From Azolla caroliniana (lineage: Eukaryota; Plantae; Polypodiophyta): a DNA stretch of 64,000 bases. The stretch covers positions 5,022,001-5,086,000 of the forward strand of contig JBHGNT010000002.1 in NCBI GenBank assembly GCA_043228905.1, given 5' to 3'. Of this stretch, positions 1-12,400 are shown in pieces. Under the pieces are notes generated by a model that saw only the letters and a program-made list of their open reading frames with translations, did no database searches and was not told the DNA's origin. Position 1 is the stretch's first letter. Each line of letters starts with the position of its first letter. The position numbers were made by a program, and so were the translations under genes.

Positions 1-1196
1 ACCAAGCACACTTTAAAGAGCCACAGACTAAAGGGTGGCTCTTTGACTCATTAGTGACCCCCTCCCTCATGTATGCATCAGCGGTTTGGCCTCCAGGATT
101 ACCATCTTTCATGTGGACGCAATTAGAGAGACCACATGAGTCCGGCTATACTAGCTCATGGTATGGCATGATGGTGAGTTGGCTTCTTGCGAATGGTCTA
201 GACATTAATAACCTACCTCCCCTTAGGTACAACCACACGAGTGATAACACTTTAATCTCTCATAAGGCCTCTCGATCATTGTATGAGTCCGGCTATACTA
301 GCTCATGGTATGGCATGATGGTGAGTTGGCTTCTTGCGAATGGTCTAGACATTAATAAGCTACCTCCCCTTAGGTACAACCACACGAGTGATAACACTTT
401 AATCTTTCATGAGGACCGCAATAAAGTAATACGCCAAGAAATATGGCAAATTTACACTCGGTGTAAATGGATCACCGCACTAGAGCCACTCCCATCTAAA
501 ATGTTGTACTATAAGAAACACTTCATGCACTTCTCTGAGTTAGGTTTTATCACGCGACCAAAATATCTAGATGTATTCTTACCACATGCACTAAGGGTTG
601 CCATTGGACAACTTAGAATATCATCTCACCAACTTGAGATTGAGAATGGCCGTACTAGTGGAGTCCTTAAGGAGGAAAGGATATGTAGGTTATGTCACAT
701 AGAGATAGAGGATGAGTACCACTTTACATGCAAGTGTCCAACCTATGCCAAGATAAGGGCAAAATACCAAGACATACTTGGTTTGTCTCCCACCCTCCCC
801 AAACTATTAGATACTCTAGATATAAAGAAATTAGGCAAATACATTCTAGAGCTAAAACAACACAGAGAGAATAAGTTACAAAATGTTGACAATAATGTTG
901 CTAATGATCACGAACATGTAACAAATGAAGTTTTTCAGGAACATGAGGAGACAACGAATGCTGACACACTTGCACCACTCGGCCTTTCCATTGATGAGGC
1001 AGAAAACCAGAGAAGAACTAGACGTCCTCGGGTGCCGGGTTTCAAAGCAACTCGACGTGATGTGGAAGCAATATTGAAAATAAGGGAACGTGAGCTACAC
1101 CGCCTAGAAGCCATGGCTAGGGCACTCTCTACATTGGAACCCACATCAAGACCCTTTGACCCCCCACTTCTTTTCGAGAGGCTTGGGTGGAAATAA
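1..1196 (+). pseudogene. Non-LTR retrotransposon (LINE, RTEX/L2-like) ORF2 C-terminal remnant: RT thumb plus CCHC zinc-binding domain
   Basis: Translation gives LFDSLVTPSLMYASAVW (RT thumb-like), then LRISSHQLEIENGR...ERICRLC...EDEYHFTCKCPTY, the typical LINE C-terminal CCHC region. It is internally deleted and carries a duplication. Confidence 0.8.
136..410 (+). repeat. Tandem duplication, 128-bp unit with 147-bp period (136-263 and 283-410), in frame within the LINE ORF
   Basis: atgagtccggctatactagc...ctttaatct(c/t)tcat occurs twice. The peptide ESGYTSSWYGMMVSWLLANGLDIN.LPPLRYNHTSDNTLI is repeated. Confidence 0.95.
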
Positions 1197-1238
1197 AATT
1201 AGGGTTAGTGTATAGTAACTTTCGAGTATACTACATAT

Positions 1239-1886
1239 TGTTGGGAGACAGGTCCCTCCGGATGGGAAGGGAGAAGAACAGAGCTGATGAACAAACTCGG
1301 CCGAGGCCGAAACCGTATGAGGAGGACCTGGCTACGGAGAGCCGGATGGTGCAGACCCGGTATGAACCGGATGAGGAGTACTCGGCTACGGAGAGCCGGA
1401 TGGTACAGAACCGGTGAGAATCGGATAAAGAGACATATTCGTAAATATGTTTCTGAGAGTCCATCGAGGCTATATTTGTAAATAGCCGAAAAGTCATATT
1501 AGTATAAATATGACTTAGGGCAAACTTTTAGTAACTGTTGTTGTTGTCATTTCTTGTTGGTGCAAGAAAAGAGAGAGAGTGCGTAATTGTACAGAGAGTG
1601 AGAGAGAGAAAGAGGTCACTGCCTCTGTTGTAATCGCCGCCTGTGGCGAAGATCTGTGAGCATGAGGTCGTTGCCTCAGTGAACTCACTGTTGTACATAC
1701 TAACCTAGTCATAGTTTGCAGCCTGTGGGCTGCCGTGGTTTTTCCCTAGTTTGGGGTTTTCCACGTTAAACATCCTGTGTACTCTTCTCTTCCATTGTGT
1801 CGTTCTTTATTTCCCGTTTTCTGTGTATGATCCTAAGCTCGGTTGTGGCCGAGCGTTGCGTATAGGGAGTGTTTCGGTTCCCTTCA
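1239..1886 (+). repeat. 5' LTR of copia #1 (648 bp; two 54-bp internal repeat units)
   Basis: tgttgggagacagg...gttcccttca; near-identical to 5972-6673. Confidence 0.95.
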
Positions 1887-1888
1887 AG

Positions 1889-1900
1889 TGGTATCAGAGC
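1889..1900 (+). promoter_or_regulatory. Primer-binding site (tRNA-iMet) of copia #1
   Basis: TGGTATCAGAGC, 2 nt after the LTR end. Confidence 0.95.
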
Positions 1901-1915
1901 AAAACAACACAGAAA

Positions 1916-4900
1916 ATAGACGAATCGTTTGGCGGCATGTTCAAGCTCACCGGCTCCAACTATTCGGTATGGAAGTCGAAGATGAGGGACATGCTCGTGG
2001 TTAAAGATCTTTGGTTGCCGGTTCAGTTTGGGGACAAGAGACCGGACAAAATCGACGCCACGATATGGGAGGTGATGCACATGAAGTCAACGGCTTACAT
2101 ACAGTGCTTCATCGACATGAGCCTATACAATAACTTCAATAAAGAGAGCAAGGCTCATGAGCTCTGGGAGAAGATCGGCATTATGTTTCAAAACAAAAAT
2201 GTTATTAATCAGGTTTCGGTGTTTCGGAAGCTAGTAAGACTCCGGTACCAAGATGGTTCCAGCATGGCGGAGCACATGAATGCCTTCCAGGGGCTGATCC
2301 ACCAGGCAACTTCATTGGAAGTACCTCTCGCCGATGAGGTACTTGCGCTACTCCTGCTCGGTTCCCTCCCGGACAGCTAGGAGACGTTGGTTGTCACTTT
2401 GGGCAACGCTGGGCCGGAAGGAAAGCGGTTATCCCTAGCAAGAGTAAAGTCGAGCTTGCTAGATGAGGAGGCGCGTTGGAAAGATAAAGATACGACCTCC
2501 AACTCCAAAGCGCTCCTTACCGAATCGGAACGCGGAAGACATAGAAACCGTAGTCCCCAGAACCGGGAGAAGTCGGGGACACGGTCAAAGTCAAGGGGGA
2601 AGCCCACTTGCTTCTATTGCGGCAAGCCGGGACACTTCCAAAAGAACTGTCGGCATTTCCGAAAAGATAAGGAAACCGACGGTACCGATTCGAAGCGGAC
2701 CCCGGACCGGAACGGTAAAGACCGGAGGGGGCCGGACCAGAAGGGAACGACGGCAATCGCGGCAAGTGAAGAGGAGTTGATGCTCATCACCGAGGAGAGT
2801 GAGATAAACCTTGCCAGCGACGAGATGACCTGGGTGGTAGACTCCGGAGCGTCGTTCCACCTTACCCCGGAGCGGAAATGCTTCTCATCCTACTCAGCCA
2901 GTGATCACGGCTGTGTCCGGATGGGGAATGAAGGTACATGCCGAATTGTCGGCATAGGAGACGTGTGGTTGTCGACACCAACCGGATGCAAGTTGTTGTT
3001 GAGGGATGTCCGACAAGTTCCGGAGGTTCGACTGAACCTGATATCAGCCAATCGGCTAGATGATGAGGGCTACACGGGTAGCATCCGGAACGGTGTCATG
3101 AAGTTCAGCAAAGGGAGCCTGATTGTGGCTCGGGCCCGGAAGGTAAACACATTGTACTTGATGAATGCCCGGTTATGCCCGGAAGAAGTGAACGTGGCTT
3201 CCGACACTGCCGGTGAGCTGTGGCACAAGAGGCTGTGTCATATGAGTGAGAAGGGGATGAAGAGGCTTGCAGACGACAACCTCATTCCAGTGAAGAACGT
3301 GCACTCAGAGAAGTGCATTGATTGTCTGGCCGGTAAGCAGAACCAGACCTCCTTCCGACCAAGGCCACCGATGAGACGTAATGCACCACTGGAGTTGGTG
3401 CATACGGATGTGTGTCAAGTAGACACGAAGTCACATGCCGGAGCGCAGTACTTCGTGACGTTCATAGATGACCACAACCGGAAGCTGTGGGCCACACCGC
3501 TGAAGAAGAAGGATCAGGTGCTATCCGTCTTCAAAGAGCTCCACGCGAGAGTGGAAAGAGAAACCGGCCGGAAGCTCAAGGCGGTTCGAGCAGATAACGG
3601 AGGAGAATACCGGGGGCAGTTCGAGGAGTACTGCCGCTCAAAGGGAATCCGGCTCGAATTTACCGTGCCGAAGACGCCGGAACTAAACGGACTGGCCAAG
3701 AGGATGAACCGGACCATAATGGAGAGGGTCCGGAGTATGCTAGCGCATGCAAAACTACCCAAGAAGTTTTGGGTTGAGGCACTGTCGACGGCGACATATG
3801 TGATAAATAGATCACCCTCAGTACCCTTGGACGGAGACACGCCACAGAGAGTGTGGACCGGTAAGGAAGTATCCTACCAGCATCTGAAGGTGTTTGGGTG
3901 TATCGCGTACGTGCATGTAGCTAAGGACCGGAGAGGAAAGTTAGATCCAAAGACCTAGCCATGCATATTCCTCGGTTACGGTGACAATGAGTTCGGCTAC
4001 CGAGTGTGGGACCTGGTCGACAAGAAGGTATCCGGAGTCGAGATATTATCTTCATGGAGAACAAGACGCTCGCCAATTAGGAGTCGGAGAAGAAGATAAT
4101 GAACTCCGAGTCGACCGATAAGGATCGAATCTAAAATGAGCAGACCCAACCGGCAAGAGACCGGTTAGCACTCGAGGGACCAGCCGGTTACGGTGAGGAT
4201 ACCGAACAGGCTGAAGAAGAAGTAGAGGAAGCTGAAACCGGAACCGGCCAAGACCCCGAATCGGATTTGGATGAAGAGAAGATGGATGAGCCGGTCACTG
4301 AAGCCCAGAGACGGAGATATCCTCTCAGAGAGAGAAGGGCCCCCCGGAGATTTCCAGATGCAGAGCATGTTCTGTTGACTGATGAGGGGGAGACGGAAAG
4401 CTTCGAAGAAGTGAAGGATGACACCCACAACCGCAAATGGTTAAGTGCCATGCAGGACGAGATGGATTCCCTGCATGAGAACCATACGTACGAATTGGTG
4501 AAGTTGCCGAAAGGAAAGCGAGCACTCCGAAATAAGTGGGTGTACAAGTTGAAACCGGGAGATGCCGGCAACCCCCCGAGATACAAAGCCAGGATCGTGG
4601 TGAAGGGGTTCCAGCAGAAAAAGGGTGTGGACTTTGACGAGATATTTGCCCCGGTAGTAAAGATGACCTCCATCCGCACGGTGTTGAGTATAGTGGCAAG
4701 CATGGACCTCGAGGTAGAGCAGCTAGACGTGAAGACTGCATTCCTTCACGGCGACCTCGAAGAGGAGATCTACATGCAGCAACCGGAAGGATTCGTGGAG
4801 AATGGGAAGGAGCACCTGGTATGCCGGTTGAAGAAGAGCCTCTACGGGTTGAATCAGGCCCCCCGGCAATGGTACCGAAAGTTCGATTCCTTCATGACCG

Positions 4901-5961
4901 ATCAAGGGTACCACAAGACACAGGCCGATCATTGTGTGTTTGTGAAGAAGTTCGAAGGAGGCGACTTCCTAATACTCCTTCTGTACGTGGATGACATGTT
5001 GATCGTCGGACGGGACCAAGTCAAAATACGGATGCTGAAGAAGGCCCTCAACCGGACCTTCTCAATGAAAGACTTGGGTCCGGCAAGACAAATATTGGGG
5101 ATGCATATTATCCGGAACCTGTCAGCGAAGCAATTATGGCTGTCACAGGAGAAGTACGTGACAAAGGTGCTTCACCGGTTCAACATGTCAGATGCGAAAC
5201 CGGTCAGATCGACACTTCCGGCAAACTGCAGGTTATCCGGTAAGCAAAGCCCGAAGACGAAAGGAGAGAAGGCGGATATGATGAAGATTCCATATGCCTC
5301 TGCCGTCGGGAGCTTGATGTACGCAATGGTGTGTACCCAACCGGATATAGAATACGCAGTCGGAGTGGTGAGCCGGTTTATGAGCAATCCCGGCAAGGAG
5401 CACTAGAACGCGGTCAAATGGATACTCCGGTATTTGAAGGGCACTTCAAATATGTGTCTCTGATTCGGCTTCGGAAAACCTCAACTTGACGGTTTCACCG
5501 ATTCGGACATGTCGGTTGATGTGGATACCAGCCGGTCTACATCCGGGTATGTAATGACATATGCAGGGGGAGTTGTTTCGTGGCAGTCGAGGCTACAGAA
5601 GACGGTTACATTGTCAACCACGAAGGCGGAGTACATGGCAACGGTGTAAGCCGGCAAGGAAATATTATGGATGAAGGACTTCATCGAAGAGCTCGGTATC
5701 CGGCAAGAGGAATACCGACTCTATTGCGACAGTCAAAGTGCCATCCACCTTGCTAAGAATGTGGCCTACCATTCCCGGACGAAGCATATCCAGCGGAGGT
5801 ATCACTGGATCCGGGAAAGAGTAGATGGCCAGGAGTTCGCACTAACGAAGATCCACACGACCGAGAACGGGTCAGATATGCTGACCAAAGTGCTGACACG
5901 CGACAAGTTGGACGCATGCCGGAAGAGGATCAGACTGGTAAGACACCCCATGCCAGAGTGA
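1916..5961 (+). pseudogene. Copia gag-pol polyprotein, disrupted
   Basis: Motifs: CX2CX4HX4C (CFYCGKPGHFQKNC), WVVDSGAS protease, WHKRLCH/HTDVC/RADNGGEY integrase, YVDDML RT, RNase H. The probable start is mutated to ATA (1916). In-frame stops occur near 2378, 3956, 4078, 5404, 5461 and 5647, and there is a frameshift near 4030. Confidence 0.93.
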
Positions 5962-5971
5962 AGGGGGAGTT

Positions 5972-6673
5972 TGTTGGGAGACAGGTCCCTCCGGATGGGA
6001 AGGGAGAAGAACAATGTTGATGAACAAACTCGGTCGAGGCCGAAACCGTATGAGGAGTACCCGGCTACGGAGAGCCGGATGGTGCAGACCCGATATGAAC
6101 CGGATGAGGAGTACCCAGCTACGGAGAGCCGGACGGTGCAGACCCGGTATGAACCAGATGAGGAGTACCCGGCCACGGAGAGCCGGATGGTACAGACCCG
6201 GTGAGAACCGGATGAAGAGACATATTCGTAAATATGTTTCTGAGAGTCCATCGAGGCTATATTTGTAAATAGCCGAAAAGTCATATTAGTATAAATATGA
6301 CTTAGGGCAAACTTTTAGTAACTGTTGTTGTTGTCATTTCTTGTTGGTGCAAGAAAAGAGAGAGAGTGCGTAACTGTACAGAGAGTGAGAGAGAGAAAGA
6401 GGTCGTTGCCTCTATTGTAACCGCCGCCTGTGGCGAAGATCTGTGAGCACGAGGTCGTTGCCTCAGTGAACTCATTGTTGTACATACTAACCTAGTCATA
6501 GTTTGCAGCTTGTGGGCTGCCGTGGTTTTTCCCTAGTTTGGGGTTTTCCACGTTAAACATCCGGCGGACTCTTCTCTTCCATTGTGTCGTTTTTTACTTC
6601 CCGTTTTCTACGTATGATCCTAAGCTCGGTTGTGGCCGAGCGTTGCGTATGGGGAGCGTTTCAGTTCCCGTCA
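5972..6673 (+). repeat. 3' LTR of copia #1 (702 bp; three 54-bp units), preceded by PPT gaagggggag at 5960-5969
   Basis: Direct repeat of 1239-1886 with one extra 54-bp unit. Confidence 0.95.
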
Positions 6674-6678
6674 CATAT

Positions 6679-6851
6679 TGTACAATACTAGAACTCTTTT
6701 AGTTTAAGTTCTATTTTTACTTAATTTTATTTTAGTTATGATGACTGGATAAATACTCTTTTGTTGTAAACCAATTGTCTCATGGGCCAAATTTGGCCTT
6801 AGAAGACATTAATATATCTTTATTTCTTCTTTCTTTCTCTCTCTCTCTCTC
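6679..6851 (+). mobile_element. Probable 3' UTR and tail of the LINE, separated from its ORF by copia #1
   Basis: Resumes after the CATAT TSD. Contains the hairpin GGCCAAATTTGGCC (6785-6798) followed by a CT/TTTC simple-repeat tail. Confidence 0.55.
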
Positions 6852-6966
6852 CTTTCACGTGGTTCTCACACACTCTTTCCCTTCTTAGTACTAATCCTCA
6901 TTCTTCTCCTCTACCTTTACTACTAATTCTCCTTGCCTCTAGTTCTATCCCTGACACTAGGGCCTT

Positions 6967-7739
6967 TGTGAAGATGTCAACTCTGCAGGTTCGTGCTGAT
7001 GTATTGTAGGTTGACATCTCCGGCTAGGACACGCTGTCGTAATGCAATTCACACAGTACGTGAAAAATTACATTTTTGGTTTCTCCGAATAGGATATGGA
7101 GTACCCAGTGAGAACCGGAAGGAAGAACCGGTGAGGACCGAAACCGGTAAGGAGAACCCGACAAGAGCCGGATGAAGAAGGCCGGTGAGAGTCGGTGAGA
7201 AACAGACGAAGAGGACCGGTAAGGAGGATCCGGTAAGAACCGGATAAAGAAAACCGGCGAGAACCGGATGAAGCAGAACCGGCAAGAGCCGGATGGAGAA
7301 GGCCAGTGAGAGTCTCTCACCAAATGAAGAGACATATTTGTAAATAGAAGGAAGTATAAAATTATTGTTGAGAGACAAGCTCAACATCGGCCGGATCGGC
7401 TGAAGAAGCCGAGGATCGGATCGACTGGGACCAATCAGTCAAGCCGTTAGGAAAGATATTCCGTGAGGAATATATTTGGGAGTTAGTGTAGGAGCTCTTA
7501 ATGAGCATTGAAGTACTGTCAGTACTCCAGTCAGTCCTTCTAGGGCTTGTACAAAGTGTTCATTGAACACATATATGTATTGTTTTTTGTCTTTAATAAT
7601 ATATTCTCCTTTTGGTGTCTTCTCTCCAACTCTCTCGGTCTCTCCTGCGTATACTGTGTAAGCTCAAGCTCTCCATTAAACCTGAGTGTTCTCCCTTCTG
7701 TTCTGTCTTTATACTTGCTTCCGCACGCTACTTTTCACA
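6967..7739 (+). mobile_element. Solo LTR-like element with CCGG-rich degenerate internal repeats
   Basis: TGTGAAG...CTTTTCACA inverted termini. Its layout (accgg repeats, gacatatttgtaaata, TATA-like site) resembles the copia LTRs here. No matching TSD (gcctt/attat). Confidence 0.6.
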
Positions 7740-7837
7740 ATTATATATTACATGCATAGGGCAAGCTTCGAACCTTGCACCTCCATGTTAATAATGTTAA
7801 GCCTTATCATTATACTAGCGTATTATGAATTTTAAAG

Positions 7838-8514
7838 TGTTGGGATATCGGTCCCTCCGGATGGGATGTCCGGAGATGAATGACGGCAAGCCCGGTTGCG
7901 GTTACGGAGCCGGATGATGTAGACCCGGCTACGGAGCCGGATGATGAAGACCCGGCTACGGAGCCGGATGATGAAGACCCGGCTACGGAGCCGGATGATG
8001 AAGACCCGGCTACAGAGCCGGATGATGTATGTACCCGGAGAGAGATCCGGATGCGGGGACATATTTGTGAATATGTTTGCCAAGGGCCCTTGAGGCTATA
8101 TTTGTAAATATCCCGAAAGTCATATGTGTATAAATATGACTTAGGGCAAACTGGTTGTTGCTGCTGAAAAGTTGCTGCTCATATTTTTCTGTTTTTTCCA
8201 CTTAGGGAGAGTGAAGAGAGCAGCCGAGAGAGAGAGAGACAGACGAAGAGGTCGTTGCCTCTGTGTATTACCGCCGCCTGTGGCGAAGACAGTGAGCTCA
8301 AGGTTGTTGCCTTGAAGCTTCACCATTGTACATCTCTGTTCATAGTGATAGTTGGAGTTTGAGGACTCCCGTGGTTTTTCCCGTATAGGGTTTTCCACGT
8401 TAATCCCTGTGTTATCGTGTCTTTCTCTGTGTTTCCTATTTTCTGCTGCATTGATTCGTGATTTCTCGGTTGTGGCCGAACGGTGAAGGCGAATCGGAGT
8501 GTAGATTCTCAACA
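7838..8514 (+). repeat. 5' LTR of copia #2 (677 bp; five 27-bp units)
   Basis: tgttgggatatcgg...attctcaaca; repeat unit gacccggctacggagccggatgatgaa. Confidence 0.96.
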
Positions 8515-8517
8515 AAG

Positions 8518-8529
8518 TGGTATCAGAGC
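8518..8529 (+). promoter_or_regulatory. Primer-binding site (tRNA-iMet) of copia #2
   Basis: TGGTATCAGAGC. Confidence 0.95.
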
Positions 8530-8545
8530 GACGGCAGTGCAGAAA

Positions 8546-9400
8546 ATGGAAGGCGGCAGCAGCGGGCAGCCGGGGATGATGGTGCTGAATGCGCAGAACT
8601 ACGCCGACTGGAAGATCAAGATGGAGGATCTTCTGATTGTTCGGGACCTGTACGAACCGATTGACAGGTCGGAAATACCGAAGGGGGTACTTGAGACGGA
8701 ATGGAGGCTTCTGAACCGGAAAGCCGTTGCAACCATTCGGCAATACGTCGACGTGAGCGTTCTACAACATGTGGCGAACGACACCAACGCATACGAGATG
8801 TGGCGGAAGCTGTCGGGCCTCTACGAGAGGAAGAATGCGTTGAACCGGACCTCCCTGATGAGGAAGATAGTGAACCTCAAGTACCGGGACGGCGAGAGCA
8901 TGGTGGAACACGTAAGCACGTTCATGGGATTCGTGAACCAGCTTGCGGCAATCAAGTTCCCGTTGGAGGATGCAATGCAAGCCATCATCTTGATGTGTAC
9001 ATTGCCGGAAAGCTGGGAGAACTTGGTGGTGACTCTCAGCACCTCCTGCACCGAAGATAACTTGTCTCTACAAACGGTAAAGACAAGTATTTTGAACGAA
9101 GAAGCGCGTCGGAGAGATAAAGAACCGGCCTCCGACCCGAAAGCGCTGCTTACCGAATCGGATCGGGGAAGACAATGGAACCGGAGTCCGCAAAGACGGG
9201 AGAAGTCGGGGACCCGGTCGCAGTCAAGAGGAAGGCTTGTCGGCATTACTGAAAAGACAACGGAGCCGACGACACCGATTCGAAGAAGTCACCGGAGAGA
9301 AACGGTGCATACCGGGGAGCCACGGACCGGAGAGGTCCGGATCGGCGAGGGCAGGACCGGAAAGGAACGACGGCACTCGCGGCAAGTGAAGAAGAGATAA
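8546..9400 (+). pseudogene. Copia gag, zinc knuckle deleted and frameshifted
   Basis: ATG at 8546 and a UBN2-type gag (NYADWKIKMEDLL...LPESWENLV). Compared with copia #1, ~43 bp encoding the CCHC knuckle is missing at ~9235. Confidence 0.88.
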
Positions 9401-12400
9401 TGCTCATTACCGAAGAGAGGGAGCTGAACCTTGCCGGTGAAGAGATGACCTGGGTGGTCGATTCCGGAGCGTCGTTCCACCTGACCCCGGAGAAGAAATA
9501 CTTCTCATCCTACATAGCCGGTGAGCACGGCTGTGTCCGGATGGGAAATGAAGGTACGTGCCGGATTGCCGGCATAGGAGACGTGTGGCTGATGACATCA
9601 ACCGGATGTAAAATGCTGCTGAAGGATGTCCGACACGTTCCGGAGGTTCGATTGAACCTGATTTCGGCCGGGAGGCTAGACGATGAAGGCTACACAGGTA
9701 GCATCCGGAACGGCGTAATGAAGTTCAGCAAGGGGAGCTTGATAGTGGCTCGGGCCCGGAAGGTCAACACACTGTACCTGATGAATTCCCGGCTATGTCC
9801 GGAGGAGTTGAATGTGGCAGCCGACACTGCCGGTGAGCTGTGGCACAAGAGGCTGTGCCACATGAGTGAGAAGGGGATGAAGAGGCTTGCAGAAGACAAC
9901 CTTATTCCAGTGAAGCATGTGCACCTGGAGAAGTGCACCGACTGCCTGGCCGGTAAGCAGAACCGAGCCTCCTTCCACTCAAGGCCACCGACGAGACGTA
10001 GTGCACCATTGGAGTTGGTGCACACTGATGTGTGTCAAGTAGAAACGAAGTCACATGGCGGAGCCCAGTACTTCGTGACATTCATTGATGACCACAGCCG
10101 GAAGCTGTGGACGGCACCGTTGAAGACAAAGGACCAAGTATTGTCCGTCTTCAAAGAACTCCACGCGAGAGTGGAAAGAGAATCCGGCAAGAAGCTGAAA
10201 GCGATACGAGCGGATAACGGAGGAGAATACCGAGGGCAATTTGAGGAGTATTGCCGTTCGATGGGAATCCGGCTCGAGTTTACTGTGCCGAAGACGCCGG
10301 AACTGAACGGGCTGGCCGAGAGGATGAACCGGACCATAATGGAGAGGGTCCGGAGTATGTTGGCGCATGCGAAATTACCCAAGGGGTTTTGGGCTGAGGC
10401 AATGTCGACGGCGACATACGTGATAAACAGATCACCCTCAGTACCTTTGGATGGAGACACGCCGCAGAGAGTGTGGACCGGTAAGGAAGTGTCCTACCGG
10501 CATCTGAAGGTGTTCGGGTGTCTAGTGTATGTACATGTGGCAAAGGACCGGAGAGGAAAGCTAGATCCAAAGACCCGGCCATGCATATTCCTCGGTTACG
10601 GCAACGACGAGTTCGGCTACCGAGTATGGGACCCGGTCGACAAGAAGATATTCAGGAGTCGAGATATCATCTTCATGGAGGACAAGACACTTGCCGACTG
10701 GGAGTCGGAGAAGAAGATGAAGAGCTCCAAGTCGACCGGTGAGGATCAACTCTACAAGGAGCAGTCCCGACCGGCAAGAGACCGGTTAGCACTCGAGGAT
10801 CCGGCCGAAGACGGTGAAGAGACAGAACCGGCCGAAGAAGATGAAAACGATACCGGAACCGGCCCCGATCCCGAAATGGATTCGGACGAAGAAGAATCGG
10901 AAGAACCGGTTACCGAAGCTCCGGAACGGAGATATCCTCTAAGAGAGAGAAGGCCCCCCCGGAGATTTCCGGAACCAGAGCACGTGCTGCTAACCGACGA
11001 GGGGGAGCCGGAGAGCTTTGAAGAAGCGAAGCATGACACCCATAGCCGCAGGTGGTTAAGTGCCATGCAGGAGGAGATGGATTCCCTGCATGAGAAACAC
11101 ACATATGAACTTGTGGAGCTGCCGAAAGGAAAACGGGCACTCCGTAACAAGTGGGTGTTCAAGCTGAAACCGGGAGATGCCGAAACCCCCCCGAGATACA
11201 AAGCCAGGATCGTGGTGAAGGGGTTTCAGCAGAAGAAGGGCGTCGACTTCGACGAGATATTTGCCCCGGTAGTGAAGATGACCTCCATCCGAACGGTGCT
11301 GAGCATAGCGGCAAGAATGGACCTCGAGGTAGAACAGATGGACGTGAAGACGGCATTCCTTCACGGTGACCTCGAAGAAGAGATATACATGCAGCAACCG
11401 GAAGGATTCGAGAAGAAAGAGAAGGAGCACTTGGTATGCCGGTTGAAGAAGAGCCTTTATGGTTTGAAGCAGGCTCCCCGGCAGTGGTACCGAAAGTTTG
11501 ACTCCTTCATGACCGATGAAGGGTACCACAAAACGCAGTCCGACCACTGCGTGTTTGTGAAGAAGTTCGACGGAGGAGACTCTCTAATACTCCTCCTGTA
11601 CGTGGACGACATGTTGATCGTCGGACGGGACCAGGTCAAGATACGGATGCTGAAGAAGGCTCTTCACCGAACCTTCTCAATGAAAGACCTGGGTCCGGCG
11701 AGGCAAATACTAGGGATGCACATCATCCGGGACCGGAAGAAGAAGCAGTTGTGGCTGTCACAGGAGAAGTACGTGACAAAGGTGCTTCAACGGTTCAACA
11801 TGTCGGAAGCAAGACCGGTCGGATCGACCCTCCCGGCAAACTGCAAGTTGTCCAGCAAGCAAAGCCCCAAGACAAAGGCTGAGAAGGAGGACATGATGAA
11901 AGTGCCATATGCCTCTGCCGTCGGAAGCTTGATGTACGCAATGGTGTGTACAAGACCGGACATAGGATATGCAGTCGGAGTGGTGAGCCGGTACATGAGC
12001 AATCCCGGAAAAGAGCACTGGAACGCGGTCAAGTGGATACTCCGATACCTGAAGGGCACGGCAAACGTGTGCCTCCGATTCGGCTCCGGTAAGCCCGAAT
12101 TCGACGGCTTTACCGATTCAGATATGTCGGCTGATGCAGATACCAGCCGGTCCACATCAGGGTATGTGATGACGTATGCAGGGGGAGCTGTTTCGTGGCA
12201 GTCGAGGCTGCAGAAGACGGTTGCACTGTCAACCACGGAGGCGGAGTACATGGCGGCTGTTGAAGCCGGCAAGGAAATAATATGGATGAAGGACTTCATT
12301 AGAGAGCTCGGTATCCGGCAGGAGGAGTACCGACTCTACTGCGATAGTCAGAGTGCCATCCACCTTGCGAAGAACGCGGCCTATCACTCCCGGACGAAGC

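Larger units (their letters stand above)
1239..6673 (+). mobile_element. Full-length Ty1/copia LTR retrotransposon #1 (Tork/Tnt1-like), defective
   Basis: TG...CA LTRs at 1239-1886 and 5972-6673. 5-bp TSD CATAT at 1234-1238 and 6674-6678. Met-tRNA PBS, PPT, and gag-PR-INT-RT-RH order. Confidence 0.97.

Noticed and set aside
7895-8030. 27-bp and 54-bp LTR repeats as a CRISPR-like array or as repeat proteins (TEPDDEDPA, EEYPATESR ORFs)
   Set aside because: They are head-to-tail repeats without spacers inside LTR U3. The ORFs arise because unit lengths are multiples of three.
10035-12299. Multiple minus-strand ORFs opposite the copia pol genes, some seen in both elements
   Set aside because: They are antisense shadows of a conserved GC-rich coding strand, and their similarity follows from pol homology.
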